Shown one piece after another: positions 52,755 through 62,020 of a DNA stretch of 64,000 nucleotides. Positions within the stretch are counted from its first letter, which is position 1, and the number at the start of each line of letters is the position of its first letter. The stretch is from the NCBI GenBank assembly GCA_009699605.1, contig WLNW01000001.1, forward strand, positions 8,960-72,959, written 5' to 3'. The DNA comes from Actinomycetota bacterium (GTDB lineage Bacteria > Actinomycetota > Acidimicrobiia > Acidimicrobiales > WLNW01). The translations under genes were made by a program, and so were the position numbers. Below the pieces are notes generated by a model. It did no database searches and was not told where the DNA came from. It worked only from the letters and a program-made list of their open reading frames with translations.

Positions 52755-54536
52755 ATGGCCAAGCCGCTCCGGATCGCTGCGCTCGTCAAGCAGATCCCGA
52801 AAATCGAGGCGCTCACGCTGGGCGCCGACGGACGCCTGCAGCGCGACGGTGTCGAGTTGCACATGAACGACTACTGCCGGCGCGCCGTGGCCAAGGGCCA
52901 CGAGCTCGCACAGGCCTCGGGCGGCACGCTCACCGTGATCACGCTCGGGCCGCCCAGCGCCGAGAACGTGCTGCGCGAAGCCATCGCGTTCGGCGCAGAT
53001 CACGGCGTGCACATCACCGATCCCGCGTTCGCCGGCAGCGACACGTGGGCCACCGCGAAGGCACTTGCCCGCGCGATTCAGGTGCTCGGCGGCTACGACC
53101 TCGTCTTGCTCGGCCGTAACTCGGTCGATGCCGACACCGGGCAGGTTCCGCCGCAGATCGCGCAGTTCCTCGGGTTGCCGTTCGCTACCGGCGTACGCGA
53201 GCTGAAGCTCGAGGACGACACGCTCGCGCTGCGCCTCGAACATGACGACGAATGGGTCGACGTCGAGATCGCACTCCCGGCCATGATCTCGTGCGCCGAG
53301 CGCCTGTGCGACCCGTGCAAGATCAAAGACCCCAACGTGTGGGCCGGCGTCGACGCGTCGAAGATCTCTCGGCTCACGGCGGCCGATCTCGGCGAAGGGC
53401 CATGGGGCCAAGCAGGTTCGCCCACCCGAGTGGGCGCAGTGCGCACCATCGAGGTCACGCGCTCCAACGTGGTGGCCGAGGGCACGCTCGACGAGCGCAT
53501 CGACACGGTCATGGCCGTTCTCGAGGCGCGGGGCGCGTTCGACATGCGCGACCACGACCAATCACGCGAGATCGTCGCCGGCCAGGGCGGCACCCGCGGC
53601 CCCGCGGTCATCGTCACCGTCGAGCCGTCACGCACGCAGGTCACACGCGAGTTGCTCGGCGAAGCTGCCGCGCTCGCCGCGTCGATCGACGGCCACGTGG
53701 TCGCATTCGGCCCCGCCCCCGGCGAACCGCACCGCCTCGCCGCGTGGGGCGCCGACGCCGTCGTCGCGCTGCCCGCCGACCTCGTCGAGGAGGATGTCGC
53801 CAAAGCTCTGTGCGGCTACACCGACAGTCACCCCGCCTGGGCCATCATCGGCCCGAGCACCGCGTGGGGACGCGAGGTCCTGTCGCGGGTGTCGGGAGCG
53901 ATCGGCGCGGGGCTCACCGGCGACGCCGTCGACCTCGAATCGCGCAATGGCCGGCTCGTGGCCTGGAAGCCTGCGTTCGGCGGCAAGCTCGTAGTCGAGA
54001 TCCTCTGCACCTCCCCGGTGCAGATGGCCACGGTTCGCGCCGGTGTGCTTCCGTCACGCACGCCGCGCGACATCACCCACGCCGAGACCACCGTCATCGA
54101 TGTGCAGCCCGCGAGTCGCGTTCGCATCGTCGCCAAGGAGCGCGAGGACGACAGCGACGAGCTCGCCACCGCTCCGCTCGTGATCGGTGTGGGCCAAGGG
54201 GTCAAGCCCGCCGACTACGACGCGCTCGACATGCTGCGCGACAAACTCGGTGGTGTGTACTGCGCGACGCGCAAGGTCACCGACAAGGGTTGGATGCCCC
54301 GCGCTCGACAGGTGGGCATCACCGGTCACTCCATCTCACCGAAGCTGTTCATCTCGGTCGGCGCATCCGGCAAGTTCAACCACACCGTGGGCGTGCGAGG
54401 TGCCGGCACCATCGTCGCCATCAACACCGACCCCGACGCGATGATCTTCGAATGGGCCGACGTTGGCATCGTCGGCGACTGGCGCGAAGTGCTCGAAGCG
54501 CTCACCCCACGCCTCGAAGCCTCGCTCATCCGCTGA
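52755..54536 (+). CDS. fused electron-transfer flavoprotein, beta-subunit domain followed by alpha-subunit domain in one 593-aa ORF
   Basis: The N-terminal ~250 aa are ETF-beta-like (LRIAALVKQIPK..., ...DLVLLGRNSVDADTGQVPPQIAQFLGLP). The C-terminal ~300 aa are ETF-alpha-like, with SPKLFISVGASGKFNHTVGVRGAGTIVAINTDPDAMIFEWADVGIVGD (FAD-binding signature). There is no stop or frameshift between the two. Confidence 0.85.
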   Translation: MAKPLRIAALVKQIPKIEALTLGADGRLQRDGVELHMNDYCRRAVAKGHELAQASGGTLTVITLGPPSAENVLREAIAFGADHGVHITDPAFAGSDTWATAKALARAIQVLGGYDLVLLGRNSVDADTGQVPPQIAQFLGLPFATGVRELKLEDDTLALRLEHDDEWVDVEIALPAMISCAERLCDPCKIKDPNVWAGVDASKISRLTAADLGEGPWGQAGSPTRVGAVRTIEVTRSNVVAEGTLDERIDTVMAVLEARGAFDMRDHDQSREIVAGQGGTRGPAVIVTVEPSRTQVTRELLGEAAALAASIDGHVVAFGPAPGEPHRLAAWGADAVVALPADLVEEDVAKALCGYTDSHPAWAIIGPSTAWGREVLSRVSGAIGAGLTGDAVDLESRNGRLVAWKPAFGGKLVVEILCTSPVQMATVRAGVLPSRTPRDITHAETTVIDVQPASRVRIVAKEREDDSDELATAPLVIGVGQGVKPADYDALDMLRDKLGGVYCATRKVTDKGWMPRARQVGITGHSISPKLFISVGASGKFNHTVGVRGAGTIVAINTDPDAMIFEWADVGIVGDWREVLEALTPRLEASLIR

Positions 54537-54750
54537 CCTATCTCGGCCCACTGTCGCACCCCCGACGGAGGGCTCGCACGCGGACTGTGGACGCGTGCCG
54601 CGCACGCTGCTCGACCTCGCCCGCGTGCTGCGCGACGAGGCGCACAGTGCTCGACGCACGGCGCAATCACGGGTGACTGTGGGCGCGAGAACCACTGCCA
54701 CGGCGGATTCGACGCCCACTGTCCGCGCGACCCGGGATGGCGGCGCTGGC

Positions 54751-55605
54751 TCAGGGGGTGAACGGGTCGAAGCGGAACGAGTCGCCGTTCGTGCGCAGGT
54801 GACCGCAACTCGAGCCACCGAAGTGCGTGCCGAACACGCGCACTGCGGTGTCGGCGTAACGATCGCGGAACGCGGTGCGCGTCGAGGCAGCGCGCGGCGG
54901 GTCGTCGTCGGCCGACATCTGCCAGTGGGGGGCCACGAACTGGATGGGGTGATGCACCATGTCGCCCGTGATGACGGCCTCGTCTCCACCCGATGACAGG
55001 CGTACGCTCATGTGGCCGGGTGAGTGGCCCGGCGTGAGCTCGAAGCCGATCTCGTCGGTGATGCGGTACGACTCGTCGACGAAGTCGACCAGCCCGGCCT
55101 CGACCACCGGGCGTACTGCAGTATCGAAGGTCACGGCGAAGCCCCCAGCGCCGCCGTCCCAGTAGTCGTACTCGGTGCGGTTGAACAGGTACCGCGCGTT
55201 CGGGAACGTGGGCACCCAGGTGCCGTCGACGAACTGCGTGTTCCAACCGACGTGGTCGAAGTGCAGGTGCGTGCACATCACGACGTCGACCGCGTTCACG
55301 TCGAAGCCGGCCGCAGCGAAGTCGGCGAGGAAGGTGGTCTCCCGGTTCGACAAGGCCTCGTAGCCCGGCACGGGTCGTTCCCCCACGCAGGTGTCGATCA
55401 CGATGGTCTTGCCCATCGACTCGAGCACGAGCGCGTGGATCGACAACGTGAGATCACCGACGTCGTCGACGTACTCCGGCATCAACCAGTCGCGGTGCAA
55501 TTCGATCAGCGCGGCATCGGCCAAGGGGAACATCCCGAGCAAGGGCACGGTGGACGCGCTCTCACGAACCCGGGTGACGCGGATGTTGCCTACCTCGAAT
55601 CGCAT
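54751..55605 (-). CDS. MBL-fold metallo-hydrolase (lactonase-like)
   Basis: VMCTHLHFDHVGWN (HxHxDH). 284 aa. Confidence 0.85.
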   Translation of the reverse strand: MRFEVGNIRVTRVRESASTVPLLGMFPLADAALIELHRDWLMPEYVDDVGDLTLSIHALVLESMGKTIVIDTCVGERPVPGYEALSNRETTFLADFAAAGFDVNAVDVVMCTHLHFDHVGWNTQFVDGTWVPTFPNARYLFNRTEYDYWDGGAGGFAVTFDTAVRPVVEAGLVDFVDESYRITDEIGFELTPGHSPGHMSVRLSSGGDEAVITGDMVHHPIQFVAPHWQMSADDDPPRAASTRTAFRDRYADTAVRVFGTHFGGSSCGHLRTNGDSFRFDPFTP

Positions 55606-55642
55606 GAGCGGACTCTCTCTTCTCCGACGCCCAGGGCGTGGA

Positions 55643-56545
55643 TCACAACTGGCCGATGGTGTCCTGTACGCGTCGCACGAAGTCGCGGATCGCGCCTATT
55701 TCGGTGCTTCCCGATTCCTGCACAGACACCACGAGGCGACGGCAACCGAGTTCGGCGAACCGGCGCATCGTGTCGACCTCGAGCGATGCGCCGGGCTTCC
55801 AGCAGCCGGGCCACGCCGTGATCTCGATCGCGTCGGGGTCACGCTGGTGTTCGCGGGCCGTCGCACGGATGGTGTCGATTCGCACGGCCAGGTCGTCGGG
55901 GCCGATCACGTAGGGGAAAAACCCGTCGCCGAGGCGGCCGGTGCGCCGGGCTGCGGCATCGCTCGAACCACCGATGATGATCGGTGGTCCACCGGGTTGC
56001 GCGGGCAGGATCGTGGTGTCGACATCGCGGAACGCGTAGCGATCGCTGGTGTAGGTGCGATAGCCCGGTTGCCACAGCTCGCGCATGGCGATGATGGTCT
56101 CGTCGAGGCGGGCGCCACGCCTTTCGAACGGAACCCCGCACGCCGCGTACTCCTCGACCTGCCAGCCGCTACCGACACCGAGCCGGACGCGCCCACTGGA
56201 CAGCGCATCGAGGGTGGCCACGCGCTTGGCGAGGATGGCCGGCTGGTGCAGCGTGGCCACAACGACCGCGGTGCCGAGGAGCAATCGTTCGGTGCACGCG
56301 GCGACGAAGCTCAGGTACTCGAGCGGGTCGGGCATCTGCGTGTCGGGCGAACCGCCCATGCGACCGCTCGGCGAGTACGAATAGCGCGGCTCGTAATCCT
56401 TCGCGACCACCACGTGCTCGACCGCCCAGAGCGACTCGACGCCCTCGGCCTCGAGCATCTCGACGAGCGCCCGCACATGCTGCGGGTTGTCCGCGCAGCC
56501 TTTTTTGAACACGGGCATCACGCCCAACACCACCGGTTCCCCCAT
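55643..56545 (-). CDS. luciferase-like monooxygenase (LLM, F420-dependent-type) oxidoreductase
   Basis: ...LLLGTAVVVATLHQPAILAKRVATLDALSSGRVRLGVGSGW...PPIIIGGSS. Confidence 0.85.
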   Translation of the reverse strand: MGEPVVLGVMPVFKKGCADNPQHVRALVEMLEAEGVESLWAVEHVVVAKDYEPRYSYSPSGRMGGSPDTQMPDPLEYLSFVAACTERLLLGTAVVVATLHQPAILAKRVATLDALSSGRVRLGVGSGWQVEEYAACGVPFERRGARLDETIIAMRELWQPGYRTYTSDRYAFRDVDTTILPAQPGGPPIIIGGSSDAAARRTGRLGDGFFPYVIGPDDLAVRIDTIRATAREHQRDPDAIEITAWPGCWKPGASLEVDTMRRFAELGCRRLVVSVQESGSTEIGAIRDFVRRVQDTIGQL

Positions 56546-56595
56546 GGTCGGGAACCATAACGCAGCTAGCGTGACGCCGACGGAGAGGAGCTGCG

Positions 56596-57675
56596 ATGAC
56601 GGCGAAACAGACGGTCATCGACGTCGACGGGCACACGTTCGAGCCCGACGAGCTGTGGGAGCGCTATCTGCCGCGTTCGCTACACGCCCGGCGGCCACGA
56701 CTCGTGCGCGACGAACGAGGCACCACGCGCTACGAGCTCGAGGGGCGGATCATCCCCTCGGGCACCGGTCGCGGTGCGTGGGTGCCCGAGGGGATGCGCG
56801 AATCCGCGGTGCATCGTGAGGGCGCGGTCGACCCGAAGTTGCGGCTCGAGGACATGGACCTGGAAGGCATCGATGTCGCCGTGCTCTACGGCGTAGTGTC
56901 GCTTGGCTTCTATGCGATGGACGATCGCGAGCTGTGCAACGCGTTCTGCCGTGCATACAACGACTGGCTCGCCGACTACTGCGCAACCGACCCTGAACGG
57001 TTGAAGGGCACACCGGCGCTGCCGCTCAAGTGGATCGACGACGCGTGCGTCGAAGCCGAGCGCGTCGTACGCGACCTCGGCTTCGTATCGCTCACCGTTC
57101 CGTGCGCCGTCGGCGAACGGAACGCCGATGACCCCGAGAACTTCGCCCTGTACGAACTCGCGCAGACGCTCGATGTGCCCGTCGGCTTCCACGCGGGCGG
57201 TGGCCGCTTCGCCTACAAGAACTTCGTCGATTCGTATGCACAACTGCACGCGCTCGAGTTCCCGTTCAACATCATGTTCGCGATGACCACGCTTCTGTGC
57301 GGCGGCGTGCTGGAACGGTTCCCGCGTCTACGCGTGGCGCTGCTCGAGGCCGGCGTCGGCTGGGCGCCGTACTACCTCGAACGCCTCGACGAGCACTACG
57401 AGCACCGCACGGACGAGTTCCCGAACATCACCAAGGCACCGAGCGAGTACTTCGCCGAGGGTCGTATGTTCATCTCGACCGAGGGCGAGGATCACCTGCC
57501 GCACGCATTCGACGCACTCGGCGCGGACAGCATCGTGTGGGCGTCCGACTACCCGCATTGGGACTCGAGCTTTCCGCGAAGCGTCACCAAGGTGACCTCG
57601 CGATCCGACCTCACCGACGAGCAACGCCGCGCGATGTTCGCGACGAACCCGAAGCGTCTGTACGGCTGGGCCTGA
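56596..57675 (+). CDS. amidohydrolase-2 family protein
   Basis: VIDVDGHTFEP (metal-binding start), ...WASDYPHWDS. 359 aa. Confidence 0.85.
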   Translation: MTAKQTVIDVDGHTFEPDELWERYLPRSLHARRPRLVRDERGTTRYELEGRIIPSGTGRGAWVPEGMRESAVHREGAVDPKLRLEDMDLEGIDVAVLYGVVSLGFYAMDDRELCNAFCRAYNDWLADYCATDPERLKGTPALPLKWIDDACVEAERVVRDLGFVSLTVPCAVGERNADDPENFALYELAQTLDVPVGFHAGGGRFAYKNFVDSYAQLHALEFPFNIMFAMTTLLCGGVLERFPRLRVALLEAGVGWAPYYLERLDEHYEHRTDEFPNITKAPSEYFAEGRMFISTEGEDHLPHAFDALGADSIVWASDYPHWDSSFPRSVTKVTSRSDLTDEQRRAMFATNPKRLYGWA

Positions 57676-57678
57676 GCG

Positions 57679-58164
57679 ATGCCCCGACCTTCAGCCGAGG
57701 ACCTGATCGCGCTGCTCGGCCTCGAACCCCACCCCGAAGGCGGCCACTACCGCGAGACCTGGCGAACCACGGCCGAGTCGGGGCGCGACACCGGGACGGC
57801 CATCTACTTCCTGCTGCGGGCCGGCGAGGTGTCGCACTGGCATCGCGTCGACGCCGACGAGACATGGCACTTCTACGCGGGTGACCCGCTGGAGCTCGGC
57901 GTTGCACCTACGAGCGACGAGACCGCCACCTGGCAGGTTCTCGGGCCCGACATCGTGGGGGGCGAGCGGCCACAGATCGTGGTGCCGGCGAACGCGTGGC
58001 AGGCCGCACGCCCACTCGGCGAGTGGACCCTCGTCGGCTGCACCGTGGCCCCCGCGTTCGACTTCGCCGGCTTCGAGCTCGCACCACCCGGCTGGGCACC
58101 GGGCGCTCGCCGTGCACGCGACGCCACGCGGAACGGGTGCGCACACCCCTCCCCGCATCCTTGA
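57679..58164 (+). CDS. cupin (DUF985/YML079w-like) protein
   Basis: LIALLGLEPHPEGGHYRETWR...SHWHRVDADETWHFYAGDPL...VGCTVAPAFDFAGFEL is the characteristic DUF985 pattern. The last ~20 codons are low-complexity. Confidence 0.75.
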   Translation: MPRPSAEDLIALLGLEPHPEGGHYRETWRTTAESGRDTGTAIYFLLRAGEVSHWHRVDADETWHFYAGDPLELGVAPTSDETATWQVLGPDIVGGERPQIVVPANAWQAARPLGEWTLVGCTVAPAFDFAGFELAPPGWAPGARRARDATRNGCAHPSPHP

Positions 58165-58212
58165 GTACTGTCCGACGGCCGGTACGAGCGACCAGAAGGC
58201 CGAGGTTCTCCC

Positions 58213-58980
58213 ATGAGCAGCGCGTCGGCGGGGCCTACGAATGCGGGGCTTGCCGGCCGCGTTGCGCTGGTCACCGGCGCCGGCCGCAACGTCGGGGCCG
58301 GGATCGCGCACGCCCTCGCTGCGGCGGGCGCCCACGTGGCGGTCAACGACCTGCACGGCGAACGGGCCGAGGCCACAGCCCAGGAGATCATCGCTCGTGG
58401 CGGGACCGCTATTGCGATTGCGGCCGACGTCTGCGACGCCGAACAGGTCAGGGCGGCCTGCGACGCGACCATTCGAGAACTGGGCCCGATCGACATCCTG
58501 GTCAACAACGCAGGTGTGCCCGACGCCGGGGTGCCGCTGCAGGCGTTTCGTGACATGCCCATCGAGGATTGGGATCGCTACCTACGCCTCAACCTCCACG
58601 CCGTGCTGTTGTGCGCGAAGGCCGTTCTCGACCCGATGTGCGACCGCGGCTTCGGCCGCATCATCACCATCACCAGCGAGGCGGGGCGGCTGGGCGTGCC
58701 CCCCGGGCTCTCGTTGTACGCGGCGGGCAAGGCAGGCGCCGCGGGGTTCTCCCGCGTGCTGGCACACGAGGTCGGCAAGTTCGGGGTCACGGTGAACTGC
58801 GTGTCACTCGGGCCCATGGAGAACGCCACGATGCGCGAGCAGGTCCTGAAAGCCATGCCAACCCGCCGCTACGGCACTCCGGCCGACGTGGGCGCTGCCG
58901 TGGCCTATCTTGCGTCGCCCGGGGCCAGCTGGGTCACCGGCCAGACCCTCGCGGTCAACGGAGGACACTTCACCACATGA
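58213..58980 (+). CDS. short-chain dehydrogenase/reductase (SDR)
   Basis: VTGAGRNVGAGIA and YAAGKAG. 255 aa. Confidence 0.9.
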   Translation: MSSASAGPTNAGLAGRVALVTGAGRNVGAGIAHALAAAGAHVAVNDLHGERAEATAQEIIARGGTAIAIAADVCDAEQVRAACDATIRELGPIDILVNNAGVPDAGVPLQAFRDMPIEDWDRYLRLNLHAVLLCAKAVLDPMCDRGFGRIITITSEAGRLGVPPGLSLYAAGKAGAAGFSRVLAHEVGKFGVTVNCVSLGPMENATMREQVLKAMPTRRYGTPADVGAAVAYLASPGASWVTGQTLAVNGGHFTT

Positions 58981-59855
58981 ACACCCCACTCGCGCCTGAC
59001 CACATGGACGCGCCGCTGGTGCCTGACCACATGGACGCGCCGCTGGTGCCTGATCACATGGACGCGCCGCTGGTGCTGACGGCATCGGCGCTCGAGAACC
59101 CGTCCATCGAGATCGTGGTCGACGCGGCGCGACGCGCCGGCTTCGACGCGCTGTCGCTCTGGCCCGGGGCGGGCTACGGCGCGACCGCCGACCATCGCCG
59201 CGTCATCGAAGACGCCGGCCTGTATGTGTGGGATGTCGACGCGGCCATCGTGTGGGTCGGCCCCGACGATCCGGGCAGCCCCTACTTCGAAGAGGCGCCC
59301 ATCGACGACGTGTTCGCCTCTGCTGCAGCGCTCGGCGCCCGGGCGGTGAACGCGCTCATGATCGGCCCGCGCGGCCAGACCTCACTCGAGGCCTGCGCGC
59401 GAGCGGTGCAGATCGTGGCCGCGCGAGCCGCGGACCTCGGCATGTTGCTCACCGTCGAATTCGCCCGGAGCACGGCGGTGGCCGACCTGCACCAGGCCAA
59501 CGCCGTCCTCGCCGACACCGGGGCGCCCAACGCCGGGATCCTCCTGGATACGTGGCACCACCATTGGAGCAACGTCCGCGACGCACCGTTCGAGCGGGTG
59601 CGCGCCATCCAGCTGTCGGATGCGCCCCACGAACGACCTGTCGACTTCCCCCAGGCCACCCGACACCGTCGCGAGGTGCCGGGCACCGGAGCGGTCGACT
59701 TCGCGCCGATCCTGAGCGGCGCGCCCGCCGGTACACCACTGATCGTCGAGGTCTTCAACGGGCCGCTGCTCGCACGCCACGGCATCACCGGTTTCGCACA
59801 GGTACTCGGCGACGCGGCACGCCACGTGCGCAATCGCCCGATCGAATCGGCCTGA
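58977..59855 (+). CDS. sugar-phosphate isomerase/epimerase (xylose-isomerase-like TIM barrel) family protein
   Basis: The ATG overlaps the SDR stop (ATGA). ...IEIVVDAARRAGFDALSLW..., ...GILLDTWHHHWS. The N-terminus carries the 27-bp repeats, so the true start may be one of the in-repeat ATGs (last at 59058). Confidence 0.8.
   Translation: MNTPLAPDHMDAPLVPDHMDAPLVPDHMDAPLVLTASALENPSIEIVVDAARRAGFDALSLWPGAGYGATADHRRVIEDAGLYVWDVDAAIVWVGPDDPGSPYFEEAPIDDVFASAAALGARAVNALMIGPRGQTSLEACARAVQIVAARAADLGMLLTVEFARSTAVADLHQANAVLADTGAPNAGILLDTWHHHWSNVRDAPFERVRAIQLSDAPHERPVDFPQATRHRREVPGTGAVDFAPILSGAPAGTPLIVEVFNGPLLARHGITGFAQVLGDAARHVRNRPIESA
58995..59075 (+). repeat. 27-bp tandem repeat x 3 (in frame, PDHMDAPLV x 3)
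   Basis: CCTGACCACATGGACGCGCCGCTGGTG at 58995, 59022 and 59049. The third copy has one C>T change. Confidence 0.9.
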
Positions 59856-59873
59856 CCGCCGGGTCTTCTGACC

Positions 59874-60974
59874 ATGCAGGCGGTGCGGTACCGTACGGCC
59901 CGAGGTCCCGCCATGGTCACCACCGCCACGCCCGAACCTGTCGCCGTCGGTTCTCGTCGTCGCGCCCGCTGGGTCCACGGGCCGGTGCTCGATGTGGCGA
60001 TGGCGCTGTGCTGGGTGCCGTTCGCCGCCGCGGGCGTGGCGTTGCAGGACAACACCAACCAGCTCGCGTGGTTCGTCAGCGCCACGTTGCTGCTGTCGTT
60101 CTCGCACCAACCGCTCACCCTCGCACTGGTCTACGGCGACGCCACGAACTTCCGGCTGCGCCGGCGCATCTTCACCTGGAGCCCGCTCATCTTCGCGGTC
60201 GCGGTGTTCGCGACGCGAAGCATCAGCCTGGCCACGCTCGCGGTGGTTGGGGGCCTGTGGAACGCCGAGCACACGTTGATGCAGCGCTATGGCATCACCC
60301 GCATCTACGGGCGCAAATCCGGGCAGGACACCGGCAGCACCGAGAAGTGGATGTTGTTCTCATGGCTCGGCCTCGCCATGGTGTGGGCCGCGGCCGATTC
60401 ACGCACCCCCGGTCGCGTCGAACGCACCGGCCTCGGCGGGAACAACAAGCGAGGGCTCGACATCCTCACCGACCTGAGCCCGGCGGCACGATGGGCGTTG
60501 CCCGTGGTCGCGCTGCTGGCGCTCGGGTTCACGGCACGATGGATTCGCGACGAGCGCCATCGGGGCGACGCCGCCAACCCGGCCAAGCGCTTCTACATCG
60601 CAGCCACTGCCGCCTTGTTCATCACCATCCTCGTGAACCCCATCGCCGGTTTCCTCGGCTACGTCGGCGCCCACGCGGTCGAGTACTTCATCATCGTCCA
60701 CCAGAGCATCGGCCCCCGCTACGCCAGCGCGGCCATCGACGGCGGCGCTCCGGTGGGCCGCGCGGTGCGCCGGCTCACCCGCCTGGGCTTCTTCGCCGTC
60801 TACCTGTCGATCGTCGTGGGCCTGGTCATGCTGCTGCGGCGCTACGGCAACCTCACCACCTACGCGCTCGTGGTATTCACCCTCGGCGGCATGCACGTCT
60901 TCTACGACGGGTTCATCTGGAAGCTGCGGCGCCCGAACGTCGCCCACAGCCTCGGCGTACCTGTGACCCCCTGA
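59874..60974 (+). CDS. integral membrane protein with several His-containing motifs, function unknown
   Basis: About 8 hydrophobic segments. FSHQP, NAEHTLMQRYG, GAHAVEYFIIVHQS and GGMHVFYDGFIWK. The start is either 59874 or ATG 59913. Confidence 0.65.
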   Translation: MQAVRYRTARGPAMVTTATPEPVAVGSRRRARWVHGPVLDVAMALCWVPFAAAGVALQDNTNQLAWFVSATLLLSFSHQPLTLALVYGDATNFRLRRRIFTWSPLIFAVAVFATRSISLATLAVVGGLWNAEHTLMQRYGITRIYGRKSGQDTGSTEKWMLFSWLGLAMVWAAADSRTPGRVERTGLGGNNKRGLDILTDLSPAARWALPVVALLALGFTARWIRDERHRGDAANPAKRFYIAATAALFITILVNPIAGFLGYVGAHAVEYFIIVHQSIGPRYASAAIDGGAPVGRAVRRLTRLGFFAVYLSIVVGLVMLLRRYGNLTTYALVVFTLGGMHVFYDGFIWKLRRPNVAHSLGVPVTP

Positions 60975-61197
60975 CCGTTCAGCAGCGTTCGTCGGCTGCG
61001 TGGTCGTCAACGAAGGACGACTGCTCGTCCATCGCGGGCCAGCGAGGCACTTGTTGTGCGATTTTGCGCCTCTACGGTGGATTTTCGCGCAACAAGCGGC
61101 CTGGATTTGCCTCGCCCGCGGCGATGCACGAGGCCCAGCGACTCGGCGCGAAGTCGACAACTACTATGAGCCGGTCGACTCGAAGGAGAAGGTTCAC

Positions 61198-62013
61198 ATG
61201 CCCATCTTCCGTTACGACGGCAAGAACGTCGTCATCACCGGTGCCGCCTCCGGCATGGGGTACGAGACCACGCGCCTTCTGCTCGACGCGGGCGCCGATG
61301 TCATTGCGCTCGACGTGGCCGAGGTGCACCTTCCCGGCGTGCGCTACCTGTACACCGACCTCGGCGACCAGGCCTCGGTCGACGCGGCGGTCGCACAGCT
61401 ACCCGATCGGGTCGACGCCCTCATGAACTGCGCGGGCATCCCGGGGGGCACCCGGTTCACCTCGGAACAGGTCATGGCCGTGAACGTGTTCGGCCTGCGT
61501 CACCTCACCGAGTCCGTGCTGCCCCGTATGAACGAGGGTGGCGCAGTCGTGCACATCGCGTCCATCGCCGGCGGCATGTGGTTCCAGAACGTGGCCAAGA
61601 TCGGCGAACTGCTTGCCACCACCGGCTACGCCGACGGCGCCGCGTGGTGCGCCGAGAACGCCGAGCTGGTGGGCGACGGCTACTCCTTCTCGAAGCAGGT
61701 CGTGCAGGTGTACACCATGGCGCGTTCGGTGTCGGCCATCAAGCAAGGCGTGCGTGTGAACAGCATCTGCCCGGGCGTCACCGACACCAAGATCATGCCC
61801 GACTTCCGCGAAGCCATGGGCGACAAAGCCATCGACATGACCGCCGATGTCGGCATCGGCCGACTCGCCGACCCGGCCGAGATGGCACCCGCCATGATCT
61901 TTCTGGGCAGCGACGAAGCGAGTTACGTGGTCGGCGTCAACCTCATCATCGACGGTGGGTTCACCGCGGCCGCCACCACCGGCCAGGTCGACTTCGCCAA
62001 GTACCTCGGCTGA
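61198..62013 (+). CDS. short-chain dehydrogenase/reductase (SDR)
   Basis: ATG 61198 preceded by GAAGGAGAAGG. ITGAASGMGYE and YSFSKQV. Confidence 0.85.
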   Translation: MPIFRYDGKNVVITGAASGMGYETTRLLLDAGADVIALDVAEVHLPGVRYLYTDLGDQASVDAAVAQLPDRVDALMNCAGIPGGTRFTSEQVMAVNVFGLRHLTESVLPRMNEGGAVVHIASIAGGMWFQNVAKIGELLATTGYADGAAWCAENAELVGDGYSFSKQVVQVYTMARSVSAIKQGVRVNSICPGVTDTKIMPDFREAMGDKAIDMTADVGIGRLADPAEMAPAMIFLGSDEASYVVGVNLIIDGGFTAAATTGQVDFAKYLG

Positions 62014-62020
62014 GCAGCCG

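Noticed and set aside
54546-54723. 10-bp direct repeat GCCCACTGTC at 54546 and 54714 flanking ~160 bp, considered as target-site duplication of a MITE
   Set aside because: I could see no terminal inverted repeats inside the repeats and no transposase. Several other CACTG/CAGTG-like words occur in the segment, so the match may be compositional chance.
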